A program made the translations under genes and the position numbers. A stretch of DNA of 64,000 bases. Origin: Candidatus Eiseniibacteriota bacterium. GTDB taxonomy: Bacteria > Eisenbacteria > RBG-16-71-46. The stretch lies in contig CAVZLN010000003.1 of NCBI GenBank assembly GCA_963776245.1, positions 576,001 through 640,000 on the forward strand, written 5' to 3'. Of the stretch, positions 51,416-61,391 are shown piece by piece. Position 1 is the first letter of the stretch. Each line of letters opens with the position of its first letter. A model generated the notes under the pieces. The model searched no databases. It saw only the letters and a list, made by a program, of their open reading frames with translations, and was not told where the DNA came from.

Positions 51416-52336
51416 GTGCCCGCGCGCCCGTCGGAGCGCGCTGCCGCGCTCGCGATGGTGCTCGCCACCCTGCTGTGGGGCGCCACCTTCGTGGTGCTGC
51501 GCGACGTCCTGGTGCGCGTCTCTCCGTACGCGCTGGTGTTCACGCGCTTCGCCGTCGCCGCGGGGCTGCTCGCGCTGCTCCAGCTGGCGCGACGGCGGAT
51601 GCCAGCGCGCGGCGACCTGGCGGCCGGCGCGCTCACCGGCGTGCTCACGGCGGCGGGCTACCTCTTCCAGGCCATCGGACTGCGCACCGCCACCGCGGGG
51701 ACTTCGGCGTTCCTCACCTGCACGGGCACGCTGTTCGCCGCGCTGTTCGCGTGGCCGATCCTGCGCCAGCGGCCGGCGGGGACGCTCGCGCTCGGGCTCG
51801 TGATCGCGGCCGCGGGGTCGGCGCTGCTGTCGTTGGACGGGAGCCTCCGCATCGGCACGGGGGAGGCCTGGACCCTGCTCGGTGCGCTGGCGTTCGCGCT
51901 CCAGATCGTGGCGGTCGCGCGCGTCGCCCCGCGCGCCGACGCGGTGACGCTCGCCATGGCACAGGCGGCGGCGGTCGCGCTGCTGGTGTGGCCGTTCGCG
52001 GGCTTCCCGCGGCCGGCGCTGGCGCCGCTCGGCGGTGGCGACCTCGCGCGCCTCGGCTACCTCGTGCTGGCGGGCTCGATGGTCGCGCCCATGCTGCAGT
52101 TCGTCGCGCAGCGCGCGCTGCCGCCGGGTCGCATCGGGCTGTTGTTCGCGCTCGAGCCGGTGTTCGCGCTCGGGTTCGCGCTCGGCGCGGGCGGGGAGCG
52201 GTTCGTGCTCCAGTGGTGGGCCGGGGCCGCGCTCATCCTCGGCGCGGTGCTGCTGGTCGAAGGGCGCGCCGCGCGCGCCGGATCTGGGCCTCAGTCGCCC
52301 GCGGTCGCGGGGCCCGGCCGCGCGATGGCGAGATAG
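51416..52336 (+). CDS. DMT/EamA family transporter
   Basis: LWGATF, RFAVA, LEPVFA; about 10 TM segments. Confidence 0.9.
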   Translation: MPARPSERAAALAMVLATLLWGATFVVLRDVLVRVSPYALVFTRFAVAAGLLALLQLARRRMPARGDLAAGALTGVLTAAGYLFQAIGLRTATAGTSAFLTCTGTLFAALFAWPILRQRPAGTLALGLVIAAAGSALLSLDGSLRIGTGEAWTLLGALAFALQIVAVARVAPRADAVTLAMAQAAAVALLVWPFAGFPRPALAPLGGGDLARLGYLVLAGSMVAPMLQFVAQRALPPGRIGLLFALEPVFALGFALGAGGERFVLQWWAGAALILGAVLLVEGRAARAGSGPQSPAVAGPGRAMAR

Positions 52337-53031
52337 GCCCGCTCGAGCGCCGAAGGGCCGGGCTCGCACTCGCCCCACTCCCCGCGCTCGAGCGTGCGCG
52401 CCACGCGGCCGCGGTGCAGCACGATGACCCGCGCGCACAGCCGCTCGATGGTCTCGGTGACGTGGCTCGAGAACAGCACGGCGGTGCCCGCCGCGGCCAG
52501 CTCGCGAACTTCCTGCTTGGCCGCGAGCGCCGCCGAGGCATCGAATCCCTCGAGGGCCTCGTCGCACAGCAGCACGGCGGGGCGATGGAGCACCGCGGCG
52601 GCGAACGAGAGCTTCTTGCGCATGCCGTGCGAGAGGCGGCCCACCGGCTCGTCCGCGCGGTCCGCGAGCCCGAGCCCCTCCGCCAGCGCGCGCGCGCGCG
52701 CCGCGGCGTCGCGTGGTTCGAGATCGCGCACCGACGCGACGAAGGCGAGGTACTCGGCGGCTGAGAGCTCCTCGTAGAACGAGGGCTCCTCGGCCGCGTA
52801 TCCCAGCCGTCGCTTGGCCTCGAGGGGCCGGGACCAGAGGTCCGTTCCCTCCACGCGCACGGTGCCCGCGTCCGGCGGCTGAAGGCCCGCGGAGACCCGC
52901 AGCAGCGTGCTCTTGCCGGCGCCGTTCGCTCCCAGCAGTCCGACGATGGCGCCGGAGGCGACCGTGAAGGACACGCCGTCGAGCGCGCGCAGCGCACCGT
53001 AGGAGCGCACCAGGCCCTGGAGCTCCAGCAT
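52291..53031 (-). CDS. ABC-2 type exporter ATPase
   Basis: GANGAGKST, LSHGMRKK, LCDE, SSH. Confidence 0.9.
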   Translation of the reverse strand: MLELQGLVRSYGALRALDGVSFTVASGAIVGLLGANGAGKSTLLRVSAGLQPPDAGTVRVEGTDLWSRPLEAKRRLGYAAEEPSFYEELSAAEYLAFVASVRDLEPRDAAARARALAEGLGLADRADEPVGRLSHGMRKKLSFAAAVLHRPAVLLCDEALEGFDASAALAAKQEVRELAAAGTAVLFSSHVTETIERLCARVIVLHRGRVARTLERGEWGECEPGPSALERAYLAIARPGPATAGD

Positions 53032-54257
53032 CAGGCGACCTCCTCGATCCGCGACCAGCGTGGCAGACGGCGCGCGGAATGGAAGACCGCGGCGAGCAAC
53101 AGCACCCAGCCGGCGAGGGGGATCATCAGGCTCGCCGCGATCGCGAGACCGAGCGAGAGCGAGAGCAGCCGGCGGGCGAGATCGGCGCGCGGGAACAGCG
53201 TCACGCCGTAGTTCACGCCGAGCGCGGCGATCGCGCACGCCGCGGCGCCGATCCAGGTCACGAAGACCTGGAGCGCGGCCGGCGGCAGCACCCGCGCGAA
53301 GGCGGCGTGCGCGGCCAGCAGGGCGATGATGAAGGCGAGCGCCGACGCGAAGCGCGCGGCCCACAGCGAGCGGGCGCCGAGCGGCAGGACGCGCAGGGCC
53401 GAGAAGGGATCGCTGCCGGCCAGCGTGATCGACCATTCGGCGAGCGCCCCGGCAGCGAGGAGCGCGAGCGCGAACGCGAGCGCCCGCTGGGCCTCCGGGG
53501 GCCCGAGCGGCGACCACCACACCGCCACCGAGGCGATGCCGAACGCGAGCGGGGGGACCAGCCGGGAACGCGCCGCGGAGGGCGTGGAGGTGACCGCGAG
53601 GTCCTTGCGCAACAGCGCGAGCCAGACCGGCCCGCGGCGCCAGCGCGCGGCCGGTCGCCCTGCGCCGGCGTGCGCGCGCGCGGCGCGGGTGAGCACGCGG
53701 GTGAGCGGGTCGAGCCCGGGGCGCGGTCCGGCCGCGGTCGCGACGGCGCGGAAGGCGAGCCCGGCGGCGACCCGGCCACCGGCGGCCAGCGCCCCGGCGA
53801 ACGCGGTCGCGAGCAGCGCGAGCATCCAGGCTGGCGCGAGCCCCCACGCGGCGACGAGCACCGCGAGGGCGGGCGGCACGACGAGCCACCCGGGCGGTCG
53901 CGCCTCCCACGCGAGGTGGCTCGCCAGCTGCCGCGGCTCGAGCGGCAGCGCCAACCACTCGGGTCCCGCCGGTCCGCGGGCGAGCCGCGAGGCGTGGCGC
54001 GCGCCCACCGCGATGGCGCCGGCCAGCGCCAGCAGGCCAAGCGCCATCGCGAGAGCCGCGGCCACCCGCGGGGCGCCGCCCGCGTGCGCTCGAGCGGCGA
54101 GCATCACCCGCGCCTGCCAGAAGATGAATCCCGAGACCATCGCCGTGAGGGCGGCCAGCTCCAGCCGCAGCATGGGATCGACCCCGCGCAGGCGCCGCCG
54201 CCACAGGGCGCGCTGGAGGGTGGGGAAGGCGGGGCCGGGGTCGGTCGGATCGCTCAT
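53031..54257 (-). CDS. Putative ABC exporter permease
   Basis: Multiple TM segments, ALLRKDL motif; 1-bp overlap with the ATPase start. Confidence 0.75.
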   Translation of the reverse strand: MSDPTDPGPAFPTLQRALWRRRLRGVDPMLRLELAALTAMVSGFIFWQARVMLAARAHAGGAPRVAAALAMALGLLALAGAIAVGARHASRLARGPAGPEWLALPLEPRQLASHLAWEARPPGWLVVPPALAVLVAAWGLAPAWMLALLATAFAGALAAGGRVAAGLAFRAVATAAGPRPGLDPLTRVLTRAARAHAGAGRPAARWRRGPVWLALLRKDLAVTSTPSAARSRLVPPLAFGIASVAVWWSPLGPPEAQRALAFALALLAAGALAEWSITLAGSDPFSALRVLPLGARSLWAARFASALAFIIALLAAHAAFARVLPPAALQVFVTWIGAAACAIAALGVNYGVTLFPRADLARRLLSLSLGLAIAASLMIPLAGWVLLLAAVFHSARRLPRWSRIEEVA

Positions 54258-54471
54258 GGTGCGCGCCGCGAGTGTAGCCGAGGCCGCGGGGCGCGCGCAT
54301 CCGCCTTTGCAGGTCCCGGCGCGCGTGGCACCATGCGTCCGCCATGTCGCTCCACGTTCACGCCATCCGGTCGCCCGCTGACGCGACCGCGCCCGGTCAC
54401 CGAAGCGCTCCGGGCGGGATCCTCCAGGCGGTCTGCATGGCTCCCGCGCAACGCGCGCGCTGGGGCGGGCG

Positions 54472-55425
54472 GTGATCCGCGCCTGGGTGGCGCTGGCGGG
54501 CGCGGTGCGGGAGGCCGGCGCCGACGAAGCCGCGCGGGTCGCCACCAGCGGCGCCGGACACGCGTGGATCGACATCGAGGGCGAGGGCGACGCGGTGACG
54601 CGCGGTCTGCTCGAGCCGCTCGGCGTGCACCCCCTCGCGATCGACGACATGATCGCCGAGGTCAACCGGCCCAAGGTCGACAACTATGGTTCCTACTGCT
54701 ACGTCGTGGTGCATTCGGCGCGCTGGGACCAGGACCGGCCGTACCTGCGGGAGCTCGACGTGCTGCTCGCGCCGCGCCTGCTGGTGACGTATCACGATGG
54801 GGCCACCCGCTCGGTGGACGCCGCGGCCGCGGCGCTGACGCGCCGGCCGGACCTGCTCGCGCGCGGGCCGGGGGCGCTGCTGCACTTCCTGCTCGACGTG
54901 CTGGCGGATGGATACCTGCCGATCATGGATCGCATCGGCGAGGAGATCGATGCGCTGCAGGAGCAGTTGTTCGAGAGCGCCAGCCGCGCGACGCAGCTCA
55001 AGATCGTCAATCTCAAGCGTGGCATGTCGGCGCTGCGGCGGGTGGTCGGCCCGCAGCGCGACACCGTGCTCGCGCTCACGCGCGACGAGCTGCCCGGACT
55101 GGGAGCGGACATCCGTCCGTACTACCGCGACGTCTTCGACCGGCTGGCGCGAGTGAACGACCTGCTGGATTCGTACCGCGAGGAAGCCGGCGTGCTGCTC
55201 GACCTGCGCCAGTCGATCGTGTCGAATCGTCTCAACGAGGTCATCAAGCGGCTCACGGTGATCGCCACCGTCGGATTGCCGCTCACCGTCATCACCAGCT
55301 ACTACGGGATGAACTTCGCGCTCCCGGAGTACGGCTGGAAGCACCCCCACTTCTACGTGGTGGGACTGCTGGCGTTGAGTGGCCTGCTGACGTGGATCTA
55401 CCTGCGGCGCCGGAGGTGGATGTAG
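54472..55425 (+). CDS. corA: CorA family Mg2+/Co2+ transporter
   Basis: HPLAIDD, RPKVD, YYRDVFD, YYGMNF (GMN signature), two C-terminal TM segments. Confidence 0.93.
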   Translation: MIRAWVALAGAVREAGADEAARVATSGAGHAWIDIEGEGDAVTRGLLEPLGVHPLAIDDMIAEVNRPKVDNYGSYCYVVVHSARWDQDRPYLRELDVLLAPRLLVTYHDGATRSVDAAAAALTRRPDLLARGPGALLHFLLDVLADGYLPIMDRIGEEIDALQEQLFESASRATQLKIVNLKRGMSALRRVVGPQRDTVLALTRDELPGLGADIRPYYRDVFDRLARVNDLLDSYREEAGVLLDLRQSIVSNRLNEVIKRLTVIATVGLPLTVITSYYGMNFALPEYGWKHPHFYVVGLLALSGLLTWIYLRRRRWM

Positions 55426-55436
55426 CGGCGGTCGAT

Positions 55437-55661
55437 CAGGGAGGAGGGGGCCGTCCCTGCGATCCTCGGATCATCCCACCCAGGGCCAGTGGCTCGAGGT
55501 CGCGTGCAGCCCCGTCCCGCTCGACTCTCGCCCGCTTCGTCCGGCTCACCTCGCTCCGGATCGCCGTCCGACTCCTGGGTCCGAGCAGGCCTCGTGCAGC
55601 GAACGAGGCCCCGGGCCGGTTTGGAAGCCTCCCTGCCGAGGAGATCCCCCTACCCGGCTGC
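55437..55661 (-). ncRNA. Candidate structured non-coding RNA of unknown class
   Basis: Own promoter; nested helices TCCTCGG/CCGAGGA, ACCCAGG/CCTGGGT, GGCCTCGT/ACGAGGCC, TCCGG/CCGGA and terminal AGGGGG/CCCCCT; no convincing ORF. Confidence 0.5.
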
Positions 55662-55667
55662 ATGAGC

Positions 55668-55697
55668 AGTCTGTGTCCGCTCGCGCGTGGCTGTCAA
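55668..55697 (-). promoter_or_regulatory. Sigma70-type promoter pointing into the corA-downstream intergenic region
   Basis: TTGACA (55697-55692), 18 bp, CAGACT (55673-55668). Confidence 0.6.
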
Positions 55698-55756
55698 GCA
55701 CGAGCGTCGGCGCCCGGCACGGCGCGATGTGCCGCGCTCCGCCGCGAACGCCGGGC

Positions 55757-56950
55757 TCAGCGCTTTGCGGGTTTGCGGGCGCCGGGCTTCGCCGCTGGCG
55801 GTGCCGGACCGAGCACCTCGAAGGAGCAGTCGTCGTAGTACAGCCGCCCGGGCGCCGGGGCGTTGTACACGAACCACACCCACACCTCGTAGGTGTCCGG
55901 CGGGACATCCATCTCGGAGGACGCCAGTTCCCAATCGGTGTTCATCGAGTACTGCTTGAGCGGGGGCTGCATCGTGGCCCCGCTGAGGGTGTGGGCGTAC
56001 ATCTGCAGGTAGGCGAGGCCCCGCAGGCTGTCGGTCTTGACGCGGCCGGTGAGCCGTACGCGCATCCCGGAGAGGGCGCGGTTCTGGAACGCCTGTCCCA
56101 CCCCCGCGCGCCCCTGGATCGGGCTGCTGAGCCCGCCTTCCATCCGGATGGACGCGCGGCCGGAGTAGGACACCGTGGAATCGCGCACCACCTGGAGGTT
56201 GTCGAAGGGCGGCAGCGAGTATTCCCATTCGTTCCCGTTCCCTTCGAAGCCCGGGTCCCGGAGCAGGTTCGTGCGCAGCGGCGGCGGCGCCTGCTTCTGG
56301 GCCGGCTCGAGCGTCAGCGCCGCATCGTCGAAGAGCACCTGGCCGGTCCCGATGATCCCGAGCCGCACCCAGATCACGTTCACGCTCGGCGGCACGAACG
56401 TGCGCACGGTGCGCTTCACCCAGCCGGTCTCGGGCTCCGAGAAGTACTCCCGCCGCCACCCGAGCTCGTACAGCGGCTCTGTGGCCCGGGTCATGTGCAG
56501 CCGTTCGAGGGCCTCATTGCGCGGGATGTCCCAGAGGTGCGCCATCTTGGTGACCGTGTCGCGATAGGCCTGGATCAGCGCCGAGGCGCGCCCCTGAAGG
56601 CCGTTGCTGCGCGTCCATACCGTGAGCACCGCGTCCTTGCCCCACGCCTCCCGTCCGACGACCACCGCCTGGTTCCAGTGGTGCGAGATCGGGCGGAGCG
56701 AGCTCACGCTCGCCACGCTGACCGCGTAGCCGCCGTGCTCGACCAGGAAGGTGTCGCGCCCGAAGAACACCGACGTGACGCCGGCCTCCGACGTGTCCCA
56801 CGCCGCGGGCATCCACGGGTGGCCCGCGCGCGGCTGTTCGAATCCGGGGTTGGCGAGGAGATTGGTGCGGGCCGGAGCGGCCGCTGCCCCCGAGACGAAC
56901 AGGAGCAGGGCGGCCGCGACACAGGCCTGGGAAAGGCTGGAGCGCATCAT
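55757..56950 (-). CDS. Exported protein with two tandem CBM4/9-like beta-sandwich domains
   Basis: Signal peptide; NLLANPGFE and NLLRDPGFE starts, with GQVLFDDAAL and GRLYYDDCSF ends. Confidence 0.75.
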   Translation of the reverse strand: MMRSSLSQACVAAALLLFVSGAAAAPARTNLLANPGFEQPRAGHPWMPAAWDTSEAGVTSVFFGRDTFLVEHGGYAVSVASVSSLRPISHHWNQAVVVGREAWGKDAVLTVWTRSNGLQGRASALIQAYRDTVTKMAHLWDIPRNEALERLHMTRATEPLYELGWRREYFSEPETGWVKRTVRTFVPPSVNVIWVRLGIIGTGQVLFDDAALTLEPAQKQAPPPLRTNLLRDPGFEGNGNEWEYSLPPFDNLQVVRDSTVSYSGRASIRMEGGLSSPIQGRAGVGQAFQNRALSGMRVRLTGRVKTDSLRGLAYLQMYAHTLSGATMQPPLKQYSMNTDWELASSEMDVPPDTYEVWVWFVYNAPAPGRLYYDDCSFEVLGPAPPAAKPGARKPAKR

Positions 56951-57161
56951 GGACGTCCTTTCAGCGTGGAGCCTGGAAACGCTCGGGTCGGGAGCAGGAG
57001 GAGGAAGTATCGGCATCGTGCGTCTCGTCGGTCAAGCGGGGTCGCGGCGGGCGCCGGTCCCGCCCGGCGCCGGACCGCGCCGCGGGTTGCGGCCCGCCCG
57101 GCCGCGCCACTATGGTCGGATCGCCTCGACCGGATGTCCCACGATGCTGCGGAGGCCTCGC

Positions 57162-58000
57162 GTGTCCGACTGGTTCTTCACCAACGACCTCCACGGCCAG
57201 GGCGCGCACTACGAGCAACTGGTGGCGATCACGGCGGCGCACCGGCCCCGCGCGGTGATCCTCGGCGGCGACCTGTGCCCGCACGAGAGCGACGCCGCCG
57301 GCGTCGGGCGCCAGCGGGTGTTCCTCCAGGGCTTCCTGGTCGAGTTCGCGCGGCGACTGCGCGAGGCCTCGGGCGGCACCGCGCTCCTGCTGCTGATGGG
57401 CAACGACGACTGGCGCAGCGAACCACGACGTGCTCGAGCAGCACGACGGCGAGCTGTGGCGCGTGCTCCACGATCGCGTGGTCCGGGTCGACGGCGTGGC
57501 GGTCGCGGGGATCTCGTGGGTGCCGATCACGCCGTTCGCCATCAAGGACTGGGAGCGCTGGGAGGACGGCGGCGACGAGCGGCCGGCGCGGCTCGAGGGC
57601 TGGCGCAGCCACGGCGGCGAGCGCGTGCCGTTCCGTTTCGATCCGGCGCGTCGCGCTCCCACCATCGCCGCCGCGCTGGAGCACCTGGCCGCGCTCGCGC
57701 CGCCCGGGGACACCCTCTTGGTGCCGCATTCTCCGCCGCGCGGGACGCGCTGCGACCATGCTGCAGGGCGGTGCGCACGTGGGCTCGCGCGCGCTGCGCG
57801 CATGCGTCGAGCGGCACCAGCCGCCGCTGGTGCTGAGCGGGCACATCCACGAGTCGCCGCGGGCCTCGGGGGCGTGGCGGGACCGGCTCGGACGAACCGA
57901 GCTGGTGAACCCCGGCCAGTTCGGAACCGTCCGGCTTTGCGGTGTCTGGTTCGACCCCTCCCGCCCCGGCGAGACCCTGCGCCACACCGTGCATCCCTAG
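57162..58000 (+). CDS. Calcineurin-like metallophosphoesterase (frameshifted)
   Basis: NDLHG, GGDL, MGNDD, HSPP, LSGHIHE across frames. Confidence 0.85.
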
Positions 58001-58157
58001 ACCCGGGCCCGCCCCCATCCCCGGAGGCGCCGGGCGACCCGCATGCGGACGAGGGCGTCCCCCGGAGCCGCCGGCCGGGCCCGCGCCGAGCGGCTCGGGC
58101 GGGCGGCATGGTAGACTCGCGCTCCTCCCTGAGACCTCCGCTACCGAGGTTCCGACC

Positions 58158-58671
58158 ATGGTCCGACGCGCCTCATGGCTGTCCTTCGTCCTGCTCGCGC
58201 TCGCGCTGCTCGAGCCCACCCGCGCTCGCGCCGCCGGCGAGCTGCGGTGGCGCACCTTCGACGCCGGCCTGCGCGAGGCCCGAGCGACCGGCCGCCCGGT
58301 CCTGGTGGACGTCTTCACCGACTGGTGCCGCTACTGCAAGCTGATGGACCGGGACGTCTACTCGCGCGCCGACGTGCGCGACTACCTGGCGGCGCGCTTC
58401 GTCCCGGTGCGGTTCAACGCCGAGGGCGCGCAGGCCGCGTCGTACGAGGGAAAGGCCTATTCCGGGCCCACTGCTCGCACAGCGTTTCCGGGTGACCGGG
58501 TACCCGACCACGATCTTCCTGCGCGCCGATGGCAGCCATCTCGTGAACGTGCCCGGCTACATCCCGCCTGACCGCTTCCTGCTGCTGCTGCGCTTCGTCG
58601 GCGACGGGGCGATGGAGCGCGGGGAGGACTTCGAGACGTTCTCGCGCAGGGCCGCGGGCGCGGTCCGCTGA
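58158..58671 (+). CDS. Exported thioredoxin-fold protein (DUF255/SoxW-like; frameshifted)
   Basis: Signal peptide, FTDWCRYCKLMD, cis-Pro loop GYPTTIFL in a shifted frame. Confidence 0.85.
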
Positions 58672-58678
58672 GCGGGTC

Positions 58679-59314
58679 ATGACGCTGCTGAAGGGCCACG
58701 ACGATCGCAGTCGTCGACACCGAGACCACCGGCCTTTCGCCCGCCGAGGGCCACGCCATCGTCGAGGTCGCGGTGGTGCGGGTGGTGGACGGCGCGATCC
58801 GCGACGAGGCCGCCTGGTCCTCGCTGGTGGACGTCGGCCGGCCCATCCCGCCCGACGCCTCGGCGGTGCACGGCATCACCGACGCGATGCTGGCCGGGCG
58901 CGCCGAAGCCCGCCGAGGTCGCGCGCCGGCTGCGCGAGGCGTGCGGCGAGCGGGCGCTCGCGTTCCACAACGCGCCGTTCGACCTGCCGTTCCTGATCGC
59001 CCTGCTGCGCGCCGAGCGCCAGCCGCCGCTGATGAGCCCGGTGATCGACACGCTCGGGCTCGCGCGCGGCCTCTACGGATCGGGGGGCAACAGGCTCGGC
59101 GCGCTGGCGCGCCGGCTGGGGCTGCCCGCGCGAGACCGCCCACCGCGCGCTCGGCGACGCGCGCACCACCGCGCACCTGCTGGTGCAGCTCGCCGAGCGC
59201 GTGGGAGTCGAGAAGGTCGGCTCGCTCGCCGAGCTCGCGGCGGCGAGCCAGGACCTCACGCGCTGGCGCGCCGCCCCGCGCGCGAACGCCGCGGGGCCCC
59301 CCGCGCGGAGTTGA
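58679..59314 (+). CDS. DEDDh 3'-5' exonuclease (DnaQ-like; frameshifted, end approximate)
   Basis: VVDTETTG, VHGITD, FHNAPFDL, IDTL, AHRALGDA across frames. Confidence 0.85.
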
Positions 59315-59339
59315 CACCTTGCGCGCCCCTCAGGATGAT
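59311..59339 (+). promoter_or_regulatory. Sigma70-type promoter upstream of the peroxiredoxin gene
   Basis: TTGACA, 17 bp, GATGAT. Confidence 0.45.
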
Positions 59340-59394
59340 GCGGAGTCCGGATGGGCCGTCCATGCGCCTGCGAGCGCGGAACCGGGAGGGAACG

Positions 59395-59878
59395 ATGCCG
59401 ACCAGCGCGAGCCTTGAAGTGGGCCAGGAGGCCCCCGACTTCAGGCTCAAGGGACCAGGCGGCGCCTTCGTGACGCTCTCGGAGTACCGCGGGCAGCAGA
59501 ACGTCGTGCTGGCGTTCTACCCGCTCGCGTTCTCTCCGGTCTGCGCGCACCAGCTGCCGACGCTGCAGCGCGAGCTGGCCGCGGCTCGAGGCGCTCGACG
59601 TCGTGGTGCTCGGCGATCAGCGTGGACAGCCACTACGCGAACCAGGCGTTCGCCGCAGCGACTGCGCCTCACGTTCCCGCTGCTCTCGGACTTCAAGCGC
59701 GAGGCGAGCGCGGCCTACGGCGTGCTCCTCGGGGCGGCGGGCTTCAGCGGTCGCGCGCTGTTCCTGGTCGACAAGCAGGGGCGCGTCGCCTACAAGGAGA
59801 TCTCGCGAGAACTACAGCGATCCGGCGCTGGTGCCGAGCAACGAGAAGCTGCTCGCCGCGCTCGAGGCGCTGCAGTAG
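59395..59878 (+). CDS. AhpC/TSA peroxiredoxin (AhpE/BCP-like; frameshifted)
   Basis: VGQEAPDF, FYPLAFSPVC (peroxidatic Cys), FPLLSDF, RALFLVDK. Confidence 0.88.
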
Positions 59879-59931
59879 GCCGCCCGCCGGGTCCGCGTCG
59901 CTCGACCCGGCCTCGTGGCCGTCCCGCCGTC

Positions 59932-61288
59932 ATGTCGAAAGACCCCGCCACCGTCCTCGTCGTGGAGCGCGAGAGCGACGCCACGAACAGCCTGATCGCG
60001 CGGCTGCGTGCGAACGGGTATCGACGTGGTGTGGGCCCGAGACGGTGAGAGCGCGCTGAACGCCCTCGACGCCGGACGGGTCGCCTGCCTGGTATGTCCG
60101 CTGCGCGCGCCGCGCATCGACGGCCGCTCGCTGCTGGCGCGCGCGCTCGAGCGCGATCCGGAGACCTGCACGGTGCTGGTCGCCGAAGACCCTCTCGCCG
60201 CCGCGGCCATCGAGGCGATGCGGCACGGGGCGCACGACGTGCAGGCCCGGCCCCTGCACCTGCCACCGGCTGCTCGCCGCGCTCCAGCGCGGCCTCGAGC
60301 AGCGCCGCCGCGCCGCGCGCATCGAGCGAATTGGAGGCGCGCCTCGACGAACGCTTCGGGCTCGATCGCCTGGCCGGACACTCGCGCGCGATGCGGCGCG
60401 CGCATCGAGCAGGTGCGCCACACGGCCGCGACCCGCGCCACGGTCCTCATCGAGGGCGAGAGCGGCACCGGCAAGGGCCTGGTCGCGCAGGCGATCCACC
60501 ACGACAGCCCGCGACGCGATGGCCCGTTCGTGGTGTTGCGCTGCGCCGCCGTCCCCGCGCGGCTGATCGAGGGCGAGCTGTTCGGCCATGGGTCCTCCGG
60601 CGGCACCCCGACGCGCCCGGGCGCTTCGAGCTCGCGGACGGCGGCACGCTCGTCCTGGCCGATGTCGAGGAGCTGCCCCTCGGGCGCGCAGATGCAGCTG
60701 CTGCGGGCCATGCAGGACCGCGTCTTCGAGCCGTCGGCGGCGCCACGACGCTGCGCGCCGACGTGCGGCTGGTGGTCGCGACCGCGCGCGATCTCGCCGC
60801 CGAGGTGCGCGCCGGGACGCTTCCGCGAGGACCTCTGCCAGCGCTCAGCGTGGTGCGCGTGCGACTGCCGCCGCTGCGGGAACGGCGCGAGGACATCCCG
60901 CTTCTGGTGGAACGCTTCGTGGAGGACGCCAACCGCGCCCACCGGCGCCGGGTCGCCGGCGTCTCCCGTGGCGCGCTCGAGCGGCTGATGGCCGCACGAC
61001 TGGCCCGGCAACGTGCGCGAGTTGCGCGACGTCGTCGAGCGCATGGTGGAGGCCGCCCGCGGGCGCCGGGCGCTCGCGCTCTCCGACCTGCCGGGCGCGC
61101 TGCGGCCGGACGAGGATGCCCGGGCGCGACTCGATGTCGCCGTGGGCATGACCCAGGACGAGGCCGAGCGCCATCTCATCCTCGCCACCCTCGAGCACGC
61201 CGCCCGGGACAAGGTGCGGACGGCCCAGATGCTCGGCATCGGCCTGCGCACCCTCTACCGCAAGTTGAAGCGGTACGCCATCGACTGA
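59932..61288 (+). CDS. NtrC-like regulator (receiver-AAA-Fis HTH), degenerate; many apparent frameshifts
   Basis: [42 protein letters not shown]. Confidence 0.85.
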
Positions 61289-61391
61289 CCCGCGTCGCGC
61301 CGGGGCCGCCACGGGGGGCGCAATGCGGGCTAATCCCGGGGCCCGAGGTGGCCGATATCCCATCCGATCATCCCTTTCCCGGAGAGGCGGC

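Noticed and set aside
55470..55495. Cobalamin-riboswitch-like GCCACTG...GGGA fragment on the minus strand
   Set aside because: The other conserved B12-element motifs are missing or out of order, and there is no downstream gene on that strand.
55436..55663. 75-aa minus-strand ORF as a leaderless small protein
   Set aside because: Its composition resembles translated non-coding GC-rich DNA, and the extensive base pairing better fits an RNA. Kept only as an alternative explanation.
59395..59878. Selenoprotein peroxiredoxin
   Set aside because: The peroxidatic residue is encoded by TGC (Cys); the ORF breaks are indels, not in-frame TGA.
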